DNA from: Eledone cirrhosa
Taxonomy: Eukaryota
Direction: 5' to 3'
NCBI GenBank assembly: GCA_964016885.1
Contig: OZ024740.1
Span: 183,024,001 to 183,088,000, forward strand
DNA length: 64,000 nucleotides
The notes under the pieces are model-generated. The model made no database searches. It worked only from the letters and a program-made list of their open reading frames with translations, and was not told the origin of the DNA. Position 1 is the stretch's first letter. Each line of letters begins with the position of its first letter. The position numbers and the translations under genes were made by a program. Shown piece after piece: positions 30,381 to 45,417 of this stretch.

Positions 30381-30680
30381 TGATGGCTGACCCCTGGTTA
30401 TCGAATATGGCCATTGCATGAAATACCCAATTAATAATTATTAATTAATTCTATCATGCAATGCTTGTGCATGAGATAGTGAGGAATGACTGTGCACTGA
30501 ACCAATCCCACTCTCTGAGCGAGAGTAGCTATAACCCGAAAAGAAGAAAAGGTCAACCACATCGGTAACTACTGAGTCGCAGGTTTTATATCGGAGTCAT
30601 CACAGTTCCTCAGTTGCCTTCTCCTAGAAGAATGCCCTGACAGATTTTAGGTGTCCTTCACTCCCAGTGATTTAACCGTA
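30381..30680 (-). mobile_element. Short non-autonomous derivative of the BovB-like RTE (5'UTR fused to 3' tail)
   Basis: Reverse complement matches 15330-15570, joined to a tail like 19160-19194. Confidence 0.8.
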
Positions 30681-30791
30681 CTGTAGTGTGTATATACATA
30701 TTTACACACTTTTGGATGGCCGTTGACTCTTATGAGTTTCTTCCGCCCTTTATATATGAATATATATAAATATATATACATATATATATAT

Positions 30792-30825
<34 letters not shown>

Positions 30826-30829
30826 GCAA

Positions 30830-32150
<1,321 letters not shown>

Positions 32151-32331
32151 AACGAAGGAAATGTGGTAAGGAACCAGGTGGACCATAACGCACCAAAGTA
32201 CTCAATACTTGAGGTAGTAGAGTGGATAATAGGAACCAGTAAGACCCCGACAACTGAGCTCAAGCCGTTTCGACGGCTAGCCGTCGAAACGGCTTGAGCT
32301 AAGCTGTCGGGGTCTTACTGGTTCCTATTAT
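32151..32331 (-). mobile_element. PLE-type 3' end with a palindromic fold-back centred in hammerhead stem II
   Basis: Palindrome 32226-32331 with no loop; each arm has GAAAC-stem III-GTC-stem I 3' strand; same family as 47883-48088. Confidence 0.75.
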
Positions 32332-32442
32332 ATTTATATTTATATATATGTATATATATATGTATATATGTATATATATATGTATATATATATATATGTA
32401 TATATATATGTATATATGTATATATGTATGTATATATATATG

Positions 32443-32473
<31 letters not shown>

Positions 32474-32562
32474 GTATATATATATATGTATATATATATG
32501 TATATATATATATATATATGTGTATATATATATATGTATATATATATATATGTATATATATG

Positions 32563-32593
<31 letters not shown>

Positions 32594-32594
32594 G

Positions 32595-32628
<34 letters not shown>

Positions 32629-32643
32629 TATATACATATATAT

Positions 32644-33518
32644 TCTGTAGAAACAGGAGACAGCTTCTGCTACCTAAATGACCGAATTAGCAGCGGAGGT
32701 GGGCGTTCAGAAAGTACGATAACTAGGTTAAGAACGGGTTGGAAGGAGTTCAGAGATCTACGGCCACTGCTAGCTGCAAAAGGCTTCTCCCTCAAAATGA
32801 AAGGCAGACTGTATGATGCGTGTATCCGAACAGCAATGTTACATGGTAGTGAGACCTGGGCGCTGAAAGTGGAAGACTTACGTAGATTAGAAAGAAACGA
32901 AGCTTGCATGCTCCGATTGATGTGTAATAGTAATATACGCTTACGGCAAAGCATAAATGAATTGAGAGAAAAACTGAGCATAAGAGGAATCAAACGCTGT
33001 GTTCAGCAGCGGCGGTTGCGTTCGTATGGACATCTGATGCGTATGAAGGATGATAGCTGCATAAAAAGGTGCAGAGCACTAGATGTCAATGGAAAATACG
33101 GTGTGGGGGAGACCCAAGAAGACCCGGGATGAGTTGATAAAAGCCGACCTTACTCCATTACACCTCTGGCGTCCTCAGTAATACAGAGTACCCGACCTCT
33201 CATGGGTACAAGCTGAAGCATATAGACGATATGCCCCTACTGGAAAGTGGTCGTGGAGATGCCATGGCAAAAAAGGACCCAGTCCACACTGTAAAGGGGA
33301 CGTGTACGCGCCACGGAAAAAAAACATCCAGCACTCACTGTAAATGCGGTTGGTGTTAGGAAGTGCATCCAGCTGTAGAAATCAAGCCAAAATCAGTTCC
33401 TGTATGAGCAAGCATGGTCAGCCGACCAGACACTGCCCACAACAGGACAACCCGTCTAACCCATGCTAGCATGGAAGAACGTACGTAAAATTGTGATGAT
33501 GATGATGATGATGATGAT
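32644..33518 (+). mobile_element. RTE LINE 3' fragment
   Basis: [17 protein letters not shown]...RRLR motif; (GAT)n tail. Confidence 0.9.
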
Positions 33519-33638
33519 ATACATATATACATATATACAAATATATACATATATATAAATATATACATGTATATAAATATATACATGTATATAAATATAT
33601 ACATATATATATAGACATATATACATATATATATATGT

Positions 33639-33669
<31 letters not shown>

Positions 33670-33708
33670 TACATATATACAAATATATACATATATATAT
33701 ATATATAT

Positions 33709-33741
<33 letters not shown>

Positions 33742-33884
33742 TATATACATATATATATACATATATACATATATATATGTATACTTATATACATATATAC
33801 ATATATATATGTATACATATATATATATATACATACATAGTGATGAAACATAAATCAATGGCATGAACTCATAATCCTTTATTT

Positions 33885-33940
33885 ACTGCTATATATATTT
33901 CGATGATAGCCATTGAATAGCTATGACCTCATCAGGCAGT
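33885..33940 (-). ncRNA. Minimal type I hammerhead with palindromic ATATATAT stem III (element about 33845-34330)
   Basis: Stem I ACTGC/GCAGT; CTGATGA; stem II GGT-c-ATAGC/GCTAT-c-ATC; GAA-ATATATAT-A. 33890-34125 is homologous to the reverse complement of 58800-59035. Confidence 0.85.
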
Positions 33941-34679
33941 TATTCAGTTCTTAGATATGCCAGCTCTGTGTTTATCTTATTGATGGTATCAGAGCCTTGG
34001 ACATATGAACTTGTTAGGAATAATTTAATGTTGTCAGTAGGAATAGTCTTGATTCTCATTGGTCAGTTTGTATATGGTAGTAGGATTGGTATTTGACCTC
34101 AAAGAGGCAGGTGGTGTTGTAAAGTTCAAACCGTCAGGCAAGATGACAATAGTTCCATATGACTGATTTTCACAAAAAGCATTCCTGGTCAGATATATAT
34201 TCAATTAAGCTTAATAGTATGATATAAATACTACAGGTCATTCTTAAATTGAGGAATTTATGTGGAGTGGTGCTACTGAAATTTATGGTTAGAGTAGAAA
34301 ATTTACAAATAAAAAGACTTATGTAGCTTGGCTTGCACGTACACTAACACCCACCTCCACAGACACACACACACATCCACACATACAAAATGGGGGGTGG
34401 TAATACTTAAAATATTGGTAAGAGTCCAATACTTAGATAGTTTAGAAAATTTAGAAATAAAAGGTTTATGCTGGTTGACTTGTACATACACTCACACATA
34501 CCCCCTCAGACATACCCCCTCAGACACTCACACATCTACACACACAAATCCATACCGGTGTGTATATATATATATATGTATGTATGTATGTACGCACAAC
34601 CATATATATATATATATAAAATATATATATATACACGGAACATACATATATATATATATAAAATACACATACATATACA

Positions 34680-35948
34680 TCTCGATCATGTCCCTTAGGG
34701 TTATAGCTGATCCTATGGCTGTGGGACGCCTTAGCTAGCGCTGAGTTATAGTAATCAGCGTTACTATTGAAGATCTCTTTATTAGCCGACAAGTTAGAGA
34801 TCCTGTCAGAGACACTCTTAACTACGGCCTTAACTATAGATCTAGGGTGATTAGACACGGCGTTGATATACACCAGCTTCTCATTGGGTTTATGATGTGG
34901 GTGGTGTAGCTTGGTGTTGATGTTGAGGGTGGTGTCCAGGAAATTCACTACTTTTCTATTGGGTTCCATCTCTACCTTAAGTCCTACCTTGCTAAAGAAG
35001 TGCCTAATTCTCCTCTTCAAATTTTCGACCATTGTGGTGCTATGGTCCACTACGCTGAAGAGTGCGTCGTCTCGGTACAGCCCACCACCCAGGTTGGGTA
35101 TTTCTCTCCTGATCACGTAGAGTATGTATATCCCAACCAAGTCCGTTAGCTGCTCGGAGTCACTGGAGCTCATTGTAATGTCAAACTTATTTGGCCAGTC
35201 GCTCCGGGTCCATATGTCTCCACCGAATCGGATCAGGGTCTTTCTGGCGGCGTGTATGATTCGGACCTCGTCGCGTGTTAGGTCTGTCCCATTCATCGCG
35301 AATATGAGTGCCTTGTTCAGGATTATGGGCGACATAGAAGAGTAGTAATTGTTGATGTCTAGTTGTATGAAGCTAGTCCTATGTTTGTCAGGTAAAAATG
35401 TAAACCAGTCCAGCACCTGGCTGATGCAGGACCAGAGTTGTAACCTTATTTTACTCTTAAGTGTCGCCAGGATCCTATCTAAAATGCTTTTGCTAATAAC
35501 CCCCATCTCTGACCGGGAGGGGGCTATCAGTCTGACAGGCAGGTTAGACTCGAAGTTTGGTTTGTGGTCCTTAAAGGTAATCCTCGGCTCCCTTGGTTGG
35601 TATGGGGCCGTCCTATCATCTATACCAAGACCAGATACGATCTCATAAGCCTTGATGTTGATATCCTCCAGGGTAGCCTCGGCCGTTTTTTTTGTAGCTT
35701 TTTCTCAATTTCCTGAGGATTAGCTCATGGTAAAGTTGAACGTCTATGTTGTAAAGGTTGTTGGTTTTGTCGGCATAGGCGAGTATTCCTGTAGATGCCT
35801 TAAGCTCGGTAATTCCATTTTCCAGTCGTCTAAGGTACTCTCGACCCCGGTATGGTTGGTCGGAAAATTTGATGTTGGAAATGATGCCAATCATTTCGTT
35901 CTCGAACTCTTTCAATAGTCTGTTGTAGTTGGGGGATTCTTCTTGATA
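34680..35948 (-). pseudogene. Third PLE RT fragment from a different clade
   Basis: ADKTNNLY, LDINNYY, FDITM...LVGIYIL, GLYRDD, VNFLD, KPN..YINAVSNHP; bounded by TA-rich arrays. Confidence 0.88.
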
Positions 35949-35996
35949 CATATATATATGTATACATATATACATATATATATATATATACATATA

Positions 35997-36062
<66 letters not shown>

Positions 36063-36246
36063 AATAATGCTTTTAATTAAGCACACAGTGTATTGCAAAA
36101 TACACTATATATACATTCATATATATATACATATATATATATATACATATATACATATATATATATACTTATATACATATATATGTATACATATATACAT
36201 ATATACATATATACATATATATACATATATACATGTATATATATAT

Positions 36247-37017
36247 ATTACAATTTTAAAAAATATGATCAACACTAACGTGTTGTTTTTTGCAAAATGA
36301 CAATAATTTTTTAGCCAGATAGAAATACCTTAATTCAAGTACATATAGTCCTCCTGTATCGATCTAGAAGATATTAAATATTAAATCTATACTTACAGAC
36401 GTAAAATGGCAACTGCCTGGTGCCTAGACAAGTTTAAATTTCAAAATTCAAACCTTTTCAGCAGATCGGTCGGAACTTCAAAACATAAACCTGTTTCACA
36501 AGGGATGGTATACTAATGAAATAATTAATTAATTACGGAACAACTATTTATAAAATAATTATTAGTGAAGTAATCAATTTTCTGTGATTTTTAATAGGCA
36601 CCCAGAAATTATAGTTACTTCTCCTAAGATAATAATCTTAAGACTGATCTGTCGCAAGCCTAATACATGTGATTTGCCACACGACCTTCGCAGCATTCTG
36701 GCTCATATCCATGGCGCTAGAAGTAACAGCCGTAAATATGGGATTATGAATTCAGCTCTACCGAAGGAGCAGATTTGTTTCAATTTAGTAGTCAATTACA
36801 ATTATTAAGCTCTAAGAAAATACTTTTGAGCATTACATTACAATTTAAAAAAATATGATCAACAGTAACGTGTTTTTTTTTTGCAAAATGACAATAATTT
36901 TTTAGCCAGATAGAAATACCTTAATTCAAGTACATATAGTCTGCCTGTATCGATCTAGAAGATATTAAATATTAAATCTATACTTACAGACGTAAAATTG
37001 CAACTGCCTGGTGCCTA
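36247..37017 (-). mobile_element. Retrozyme-like unit, about 590-nt period, 1.3 copies, starting at the HHR cleavage site
   Basis: Direct repeats 36247-36426 and 36837-37017; degenerate HHR at 36419-36602; homologous to 59115-59870; (TA)n on both sides. Confidence 0.78.
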
Positions 37018-37110
37018 AATATATATATATATACATATACATATACATATATATACATATACATACATATATATATACATATATATACATATATATATAC
37101 ATATATATAC

Positions 37111-37141
<31 letters not shown>

Positions 37142-37264
37142 CATATATACATATATATATACATATATACATATATATATACACATATATATATATATAT
37201 ATACATATATATACATATATATATATATACATATATACATATATATAAATGTATACATATATAC

Positions 37265-37321
<57 letters not shown>

Positions 37322-37375
37322 CATATATGTATACATATATATATATACATATATATATACAAATTCAGAAACGAA

Positions 37376-37406
<31 letters not shown>

Positions 37407-37408
37407 CA

Positions 37409-38018
37409 TGGTGGCTGCCAACTCGTTTTCGAGTACGGCCACTACTTTATATCCATGTTGGAGAAGCCCTACCAATGCGCTGAACAAGTGTGACATTTCA
37501 GTCCAGCCAGCGACTTGAAAACTTTTGTACAAACACTACACTTGTGGCAATTATTGACACATAGTGCTGGGTCCAAGGTACCATGTGACGACAGGTGCAG
37601 AGAGATCTCCAGATATAAAGCAATGCCTGGGCCGTAAATAGTGAGCACTGCACAATAGTGAGCACTGCACAAAGCCAGTCCCACTCGCTTAACCAAGATG
37701 ATATTTACCAAAAAGAAAAACAAGTCAACATCATTGGATTCCATCAGGGTTGCAGGTGTTATATCAGTTTTCCTTCTCCTAGAATTCTGCCTTGACAAAG
37801 GCTAAGGGTTCATCTCTCCCGGTGATTTTGGATGGCCATTGACTCTTAAGAGCTCCTTTGCCCTTTGACAAGTTTTGTTTTTAGTCCTGGAGGATGTCCA
37901 AAGTCACCCTCCTCACCAAGAAACCATGGTAGGGTTGCCAGTTTAGTCGCCAACGACCTGACCATGGGTGAGGTTGTACTAGGAGACATGTTACCAGTAG
38001 CACCAACTGGTGACCTGA
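37409..38018 (-). mobile_element. Longest copy of the approximately 600-bp non-autonomous RTE derivative
   Basis: Reverse complement of the 10106-10643 family with additional 5' sequence. Confidence 0.85.
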
Positions 38019-38050
38019 CATACATATATACATATATACATATATATACA

Positions 38051-38084
<34 letters not shown>

Positions 38085-38504
38085 CATATACATAGACATA
38101 TGTACATATATATATACATATATATATATATACATATTTACATATATATATATATATATACATATATACATACATATACATATATACATACATAAATATA
38201 TACATATATACATACATATACACATATATACATATATATATACATATATACATACATATACACATATATACATATATATATATATATAAATATAGATATA
38301 CACATATACATACATATACACATATATATATATACTGCCAAATCAACTTTTCAAATACAAGTCGATGTTGTTACGGTATGTCAAATCTATTTATCTATAA
38401 ATCTATTTATCTATAAAACTGTTTATATTGTATTTTGTCTGAGGAAGGCATAGCATATTGTTAATATGATATACATAGACATATACATAGACATATGTAC
38501 ATAT

Positions 38505-39965
38505 ATCATCATCATCATCAGGTTTAGCGTCCGTGTTCCACGCTTGCATGGGTTTGGACGGGGGTTTTCCCACTTGAGGCAAGAGTGGTTGTCTTGCTCG
38601 CATAGGACTGTCTGGCGGGTTTTCTACAGTTGGGTGCCCTTCCTAACACCAACCACATTTACAGTGTGGGGCTGGGAGGTTTTTACCGTGTTGCCTACAC
38701 GGCCACATTACAGCGTGGACAGTCTGGCGGGTTTTCTACAGCTGGATGCCCTTCCTAACACCAACCACATTTACAGTGTGGGGCTGGGAGGTTTTTACCG
38801 TGTTGCCTACACGGCCACATTTACAGCGTGGACTGTGTGTTTTTTGTCGTGACACCTACACGATCTCATTTGTTTCGGCCTGGATGTTGTGGGACCAACA
38901 TAACTTTACATTGAAAGGGGCGGTGTGGGTGGGGTGGAGGTGGTGGGACGGGGGTGTGTTTTGATAGAGATGCCTACTGACTGTAGTAGGTTTTTACTTT
39001 GTATTTAGGTAAGGCGGGTCTTCTCTATTACTGAGTACCGCCAAAGGTCTCGGTCCAGTGACATTGTCTTGGAGAGGTGTAAGCGTGTGAGGTCGGAATT
39101 TATCAGCTCGTCCCATGTTTTTCTGGGTCTGCCTACTCCGTGGCTACCGTCTATCTTTATTGCCCTGCACTTTGTTATACAGCTGTCGTCTTTCATGCGC
39201 ATCACGTGACCGTACCAACGTACTCTTCTCTCGAGTAAACAACATCTGATCCCTCTTATTTCTTATTTTTTCCTTAGTTCGTTTATGCTTTGCCGTTCAC
39301 GTATATTACTATTGCACATCCAGCGGAGCATGCAAGCTTCGTTCCTCTCTAGTCTGCGTATATCCTCTGCACACAATGCCCAGGTCTCACTGCCATGCAG
39401 CATTGCTGTTCGTATGCAGGCATCGTATAACCTGCCTTTCATTTTTAGGGAGAACCCTCTAGCGGCTAATAGTGGTATAAGCTCTCTGAACTTTTTCCAT
39501 CCAGTTCTGACTCTAGCTACTGTACTTTCAGAGCACCCTCCCCCACTGCTGATTTTGTCACCCAGATAACGGAAGCTGTCCACTATTTCTATAGAACCCT
39601 CTGCGCAGTTGAAGGAGCTAGTATTTTGTGGGCACTTGCTGCTACTTATTGCACCAGAGCACCGGCCACATGTAAAATCTATGTTCTTAGTTAGCTTACC
39701 TGTGATCCCACTACATCTTTTATGCACCCATACTTTGCATTTGGGACATAAAATGGAGTTTCTACCTACTCCTTTCCTGCACACTGAGCATGGCCATTTC
39801 CCAGATGGGACCGCCGCCTTATTTTCTTTCCTACAAACTAGAACTTTAGTCTTAGCCAGGTTAATTTTAAGGCCTTTTGATTCTAGGCCGTGCTTCCATG
39901 TTTGGAATTTCTTCTCTAGTTCGGTCATTGATTCAGCTATGAGCGTTAGATCATCTGCGTATAGG
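38505..39965 (-). mobile_element. Young RTE 3' fragment with an open frame from YADD and a ~112-bp 3'UTR duplication
   Basis: ORF 39263-40201 is nearly identical to the C-terminal part of 21682-25029; (CAT)n at left end; flanked by ~360-bp direct repeats. Confidence 0.92.
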
Positions 39966-39997
39966 ATATATACATATATATATATATACATATTTAC

Positions 39998-40028
<31 letters not shown>

Positions 40029-40290
40029 TACATACATATACATATATACATACATAAATATATACATATATACATACATATACACATATATACATATATA
40101 TATACATATATAAATACATATACACATATATACATATATATATATATAAATATAGATATACACATATACATACATATACACATATATATATATACTGCCA
40201 AATCAACTTTTCAAATACAAGTCGATGTTGTTACGGTATGTCAAATCTATTTATCTATAAATCTATTTATCTATAAAACTGTTTATATTG

Positions 40291-40356
40291 TATTTTGTCT
40301 GAGGAAGGCATAGCATATTGTTAATATGATATCCCTGAAATATATATAATGAAATA
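40291..40356 (+). ncRNA. Minimal type I hammerhead in a ~205-bp (TA)n-flanked unit (40195-40400); copy at 42373-42438 and truncated copy at 38431-38472
   Basis: Stem I TATTTTGT/ATGAAATA; CTGAGGA; stem II AGG-c-ATA-g-CATATT/AATATG-a-TAT-c-CCT; GAA-ATATATAT-A. Confidence 0.82.
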
Positions 40357-40393
40357 AATATGGTTTTATAAATATAGTTTCCATTTATTTAAT

Positions 40394-40447
<54 letters not shown>

Positions 40448-40675
40448 CACATATACATATACACATAATATATCATCATCATCATCATTTTATGTCTGCT
40501 TTTCCTTGCTTGCAAGGGTGGGACGGGAACTGATTCTGGCTTGATTTCTACAGCTGGATGCCCTTCCTAACACGAACCTCATTTACAGCGAGGGCTGGGT
40601 GCTTTTTTACCATGGCACCTCCACGACCACTGTGCAGTTGAATGATAAGGACTCCAGTCCCTCTCGTCTCATTTC

Positions 40676-40811
40676 TACAGCTCAGTAAACTGGAGCAATG
40701 TGAAATAAAGTGTCTTGCTCAAGGAAACAACACATCTCCCGGTCTGAGATTTGAAGTCACAACCTTTCGATTGCAAGACCAATGCTCTAATCACTAAGCC
40801 ATGTGTCTCCA
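40676..40811 (-). mobile_element. Second tRNA-derived SINE family (copies at about 42720-42858, 43157-43292, 54490-54604)
   Basis: Minus strand: TGGCTTAGTG(A/G)TTAGAGCATTGG..TTGCAATC..TTCAA tRNA-like head, then CCTTGAGCAAGACACTTTA..TGCTCCAGT. Confidence 0.8.
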
Positions 40812-40935
40812 TCACATATATTTACATATATATATATACATATATATACATATATACATACATATACATATACACATATATACAGATATATATACATATA
40901 TATATACACATATACATACATATACACATATATAC

Positions 40936-40972
<37 letters not shown>

Positions 40973-41157
40973 CATATATATATACATATATACATACACA
41001 TACATATATACATAGATACATATATATACATATATATATAAATATACATATATATATATACATACATACATATATATATATATACATATATAAATACATA
41101 TACATATATAAATACATATATATATCTACATATTTAAATACATATACATATATGAAT

Positions 41158-41232
<75 letters not shown>

Positions 41233-41251
41233 TATATATATATACATATAC

Positions 41252-41282
<31 letters not shown>

Positions 41283-41356
41283 CATATATATATACATATA
41301 TATACATATACATATATTTACACTTATATATAATATATATATACATATATATATAC

Positions 41357-42005
41357 ATAAAGAAAAAAAGATGAAATCGAAAATGCAACTTAGTCTTATT
41401 TAAAAAAAATATATATATACTTATTTGGTTACTATACCGGTTTCGCAGTTCTTCTGCTTTTCAAAAGTAGAGTTGAGATGGAGGGTCTGTGGTTTTTCTC
41501 ATATCTGGTTGGTCTCTGAATGTTACTTGTTTTATATGGAAAAAGTGGCTCGACATGCCAGGTTTGCCTTTGTGAGCCCCCTTTTTTTAAGTAAAAAGAA
41601 ATTCAAACATTCATATATGAAAAACCAACCTGTGACACCCCCCTACCCCCACCCCCTTGTTTGAAGAACTTTGTAACGCAAACTGGTGCCAAATTTATTA
41701 TAATTATTGACCAACCGATCAAATTATTTCTCGAAAAACCTGGCATTTCGAGCACTTTTTCCATATAAAACAAGTAACATTCAGAGACCAACCAGATATG
41801 AGAAAAACCACTGACCCTCCATCTCAACTCTACTTTTGAAAAGCAGAAGAACTGCGAAACCGGTAAAGGAACCAAATAAATATATATATTTTTTTTAAAG
41901 TAAGACTCCAGTTGCATTTTCGATTTCATCTTTTTTTCTTTATACTTTCACTCGTGTAGGACACCTCGGTTATTTTTCATTTTGTAAAAAAAACCTCACT
42001 TTCTA
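41357..42005 (+). mobile_element. HHR-bearing PLE-type element with ~208-bp 5' inversion (duplicate at 43836-44484)
   Basis: Inverted arms 41357-41565/41736-41943 plus a 3' extension to (TA)n. Each arm holds TACTT-TTGAAAA-GCAG aagaa CTGC-GAA-ACCGGT-A (41831-41870 +, 41430-41469 -). Confidence 0.72.
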
Positions 42006-42475
42006 ATATATATATATATATATATATTAACACATATATATACATATATATATACATATATGTTTACATGTATATATATATATACATATATATCCATATA
42101 TATCCATATATATATACATATACATATATACATACATAAATATATACATATATACATACATATACACATATATACATATATATATACATATATAAATACA
42201 TATACACATATATACATATATATATATATAAATATAGATATACACATATACATACATATACACATATATATATATACTGCCAAATCAACTTTTCAAATAC
42301 AAGTCGATGTTGTTACGGTATGTCAAATCTATTTATCTATAAATCTATTTATCTATAAAACTGTTTATATTGTATTTTGTCTGAGGAAGGCATAGCATAT
42401 TGTTAATATGATATCCCTGAAATATATATAATGAAATAAATATGGTTTTATAAATATAGTTTCCATTTATTTAAT

Positions 42476-42512
<37 letters not shown>

Positions 42513-42857
42513 TCATCATCATCATCATCATCATTTTTACGTCCGCTTTTCCCTGCTTGCAAGGGTGGGACGGGACTGATTCTGGCTTGATTTCTACAGC
42601 TGGATGCCCTTCCTAACACCAACCTCATTTACAGTGAGTGCTGGGTGCTTTTTTGCCGTGGCACCTCCACGACCACTTTGCAGTGGAATGATATGGACCC
42701 CAGTCCTATCATCTCATTTCTACAGCTGAGTAAACTGGAGCAATGTGAAATAAAGTGTCTTGCTCAAGGAAACAACACATCACCCAGTCTGAGAATTGAA
42801 CTCACAACCTTTCGATTGCAAGGCCAATGCTCTAACCACTAAGCCATGTGCCTCCAC

Positions 42858-42928
<71 letters not shown>

Positions 42929-43416
42929 CACATATACATATACACATAATATATCATCATCATCATCATTTTATGTCTGCTTTTCCTTGCTTGCAAGGGT
43001 GGGACGGGAACTGATTCTGGCTTGATTTCTACAGCTGGATGCCCTTCCTAACACGAACCTCATTTACAGCGAGGGCTGGGTGCTTTTTTACCATGGCACC
43101 TCCACGACCACTGTGCAGTTGAATGATAAGGACTCCAGTCCCTCTCGTCTCATTTCTACAGCTCAGTAAACTGGAGCAATGTGAAATAAAGTGTCTTGCT
43201 CAAGGAAACAACACATCTCCCGGTCTGAGATTTGAAGTCACAACCTTTCGATTGCAAGACCAATGCTCTAATCACTAAGCCATGTGTCTCCATCACATAT
43301 ATTTACATATATATATATACATATATATACATATATACATACATATACATATACACATATATACAGATATATATACATATATATATACACATATACATAC
43401 ATATACACATATATAC

Positions 43417-43453
<37 letters not shown>

Positions 43454-43640
43454 CATATATATATACATATATACATACACATACATATATACATAGATAC
43501 ATATATATACATATATATATAAATATACATATATATATATATACATACATACATATATATATATATACATATATAAATACATATACATATATAAATACAT
43601 ATATATATATACATATTTAAATACATATACATATATGAAT

Positions 43641-43711
<71 letters not shown>

Positions 43712-43730
43712 TATATATATATACATATAC

Positions 43731-43761
<31 letters not shown>

Positions 43762-44654
43762 CATATATATATACATATATATACATATACATATATTTAC
43801 ACTTATATATAATATATATATACATATATATATACATAAAGAAAAAAAGATGAAATCGAAAATGCAACTTAGTCTTATTTAAAAAAAATATATATATATT
43901 TATTTGGTTACTATACCGGTTTCGCAGTTCTTCTGCTTTTCAAAAGTAGAGTTGAGATGGAGGGTCTGTGGTTTTTCTCATATCTGGTTGGTCTCTGAAT
44001 GTTACTTGTTTTATATGGAAAAAGTGGCTCGACATGCCAGGTTTGCCTTTGTGAGCCCCCTTTTTTTAAGTAAAAAGAAATTCAAACATTCATATATGAA
44101 AAACCAACCTGTGACACCCACCTACCCCCACCCCCTTGTTTGAAGAACTTTGTAACGCAAACTGGTGCCAAATTTATTATAATTATTGACCAACCGATCA
44201 AATTATTTCTCGAAAAACCTGGCATTTCGAGCACTTTTTCCATATAAAACAAGTAACATTCAGAGACCAACCAGATATGAGAAAAACCACTGACCCTCCA
44301 TCTCAACTCTACTTTTGAAAAGCAGAAGAACTGCGAAACCGGTAAAGGAACCAAATAAATATATATATTTTTTTTAAAGTAAGACTCCAGTTGCATTTTC
44401 GATTTCATCTTTTTTTCTTTATACTTTCACTCGTGTAGGACACCTCGGTTATTTTTCATTTTGTAAAAAAAACCTCACTTTCTAATATATATATATATAT
44501 ATATATTAACACATATATATACATATATATATACATATATGTTTACATGTATATATATATATACATATATATCCATATATATCCATATATATATATATAT
44601 ACATATATATATACATATATATATATATATACATACATATATACATATATATAT

Positions 44655-45417
44655 ATATAAGATACGTAAGATAAGAAAATTATAAAATTAACTTACTTAC
44701 TAAAATATCACTTTCAACTAATTAGTTTCTGGAATGGAGTAGATACATCTTCCGAAGAAGGTGTTGAGAAACATCCCGTCATCAGGAAAGTCTATTCTCA
44801 TATAAGTTTCCAGGCAAAGCGAGGACTCTGGAAGCTTATTAAAAAATAAATCAGTGAATAGGAAATAACAAAGCGTGGACTTACTTCCTAGCCATTGAGA
44901 AAATCACTGCCTCCGTGTCTGTGGCAAATTCAAAAAGAATCGAACACGTGACATCGAGGTCAATCGGTGGAAAGTGGGTTGTTAATAAGACAGCGGCCAG
45001 CCTACTACCGTAGCAGCAGTCATGGCCAGTATTGCTCGACAAATATTTTGGAGATAATAATAAAGAATTTATATCTAGTAACATATATATACATACAAAT
45101 GCATATCGATGCCAGCAAATATATAGGTTTTGTCTTAATAACATTGTGGTTCAATGCATGGGGTTGCAGAACAATAATATATGTTTCTCTACACCTTCTT
45201 CGGAAGATGTATCTACTCCATTCCAGAAACTAATTAGTTGGAAGTGATATTTTAGTAAGTAAGTTAATTTTATAATTTTCTTATCTTACGTATCTTATAT
45301 TATTGTTCTGCAATCCCATGCATTGAACCACAATGTTATTAAGACAAAACCTATATATTTGCTGGCATCGATATGCATTTGTATGTATATGTATGTTACT
45401 AGATATAAATTCTTTAT

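Larger units (their letters stand above)
40440..44590. repeat. Near-identical local duplication, offset about 2480 bp (about 40440-42110 vs 42920-44590)
   Basis: RTE tail, SINE, microsatellite interruption pattern and fold-back element all recur at +2479 to +2481. Confidence 0.9.

Noticed and set aside
37930-38018. HDV-like ribozyme at the 5' end of the RTE-derived element
   Set aside because: CCAGTT/AACTGG, an ACC/GGT loop and a small hairpin are suggestive, but I could not build P1/P1.1 in the correct order; this needs a descriptor search.
41357-41943. MITE with long TIRs
   Set aside because: No transposon terminal motif. The arms contain an HHR motif and one arm continues into a 3' tail, which fits a PLE-type 5' inversion better.
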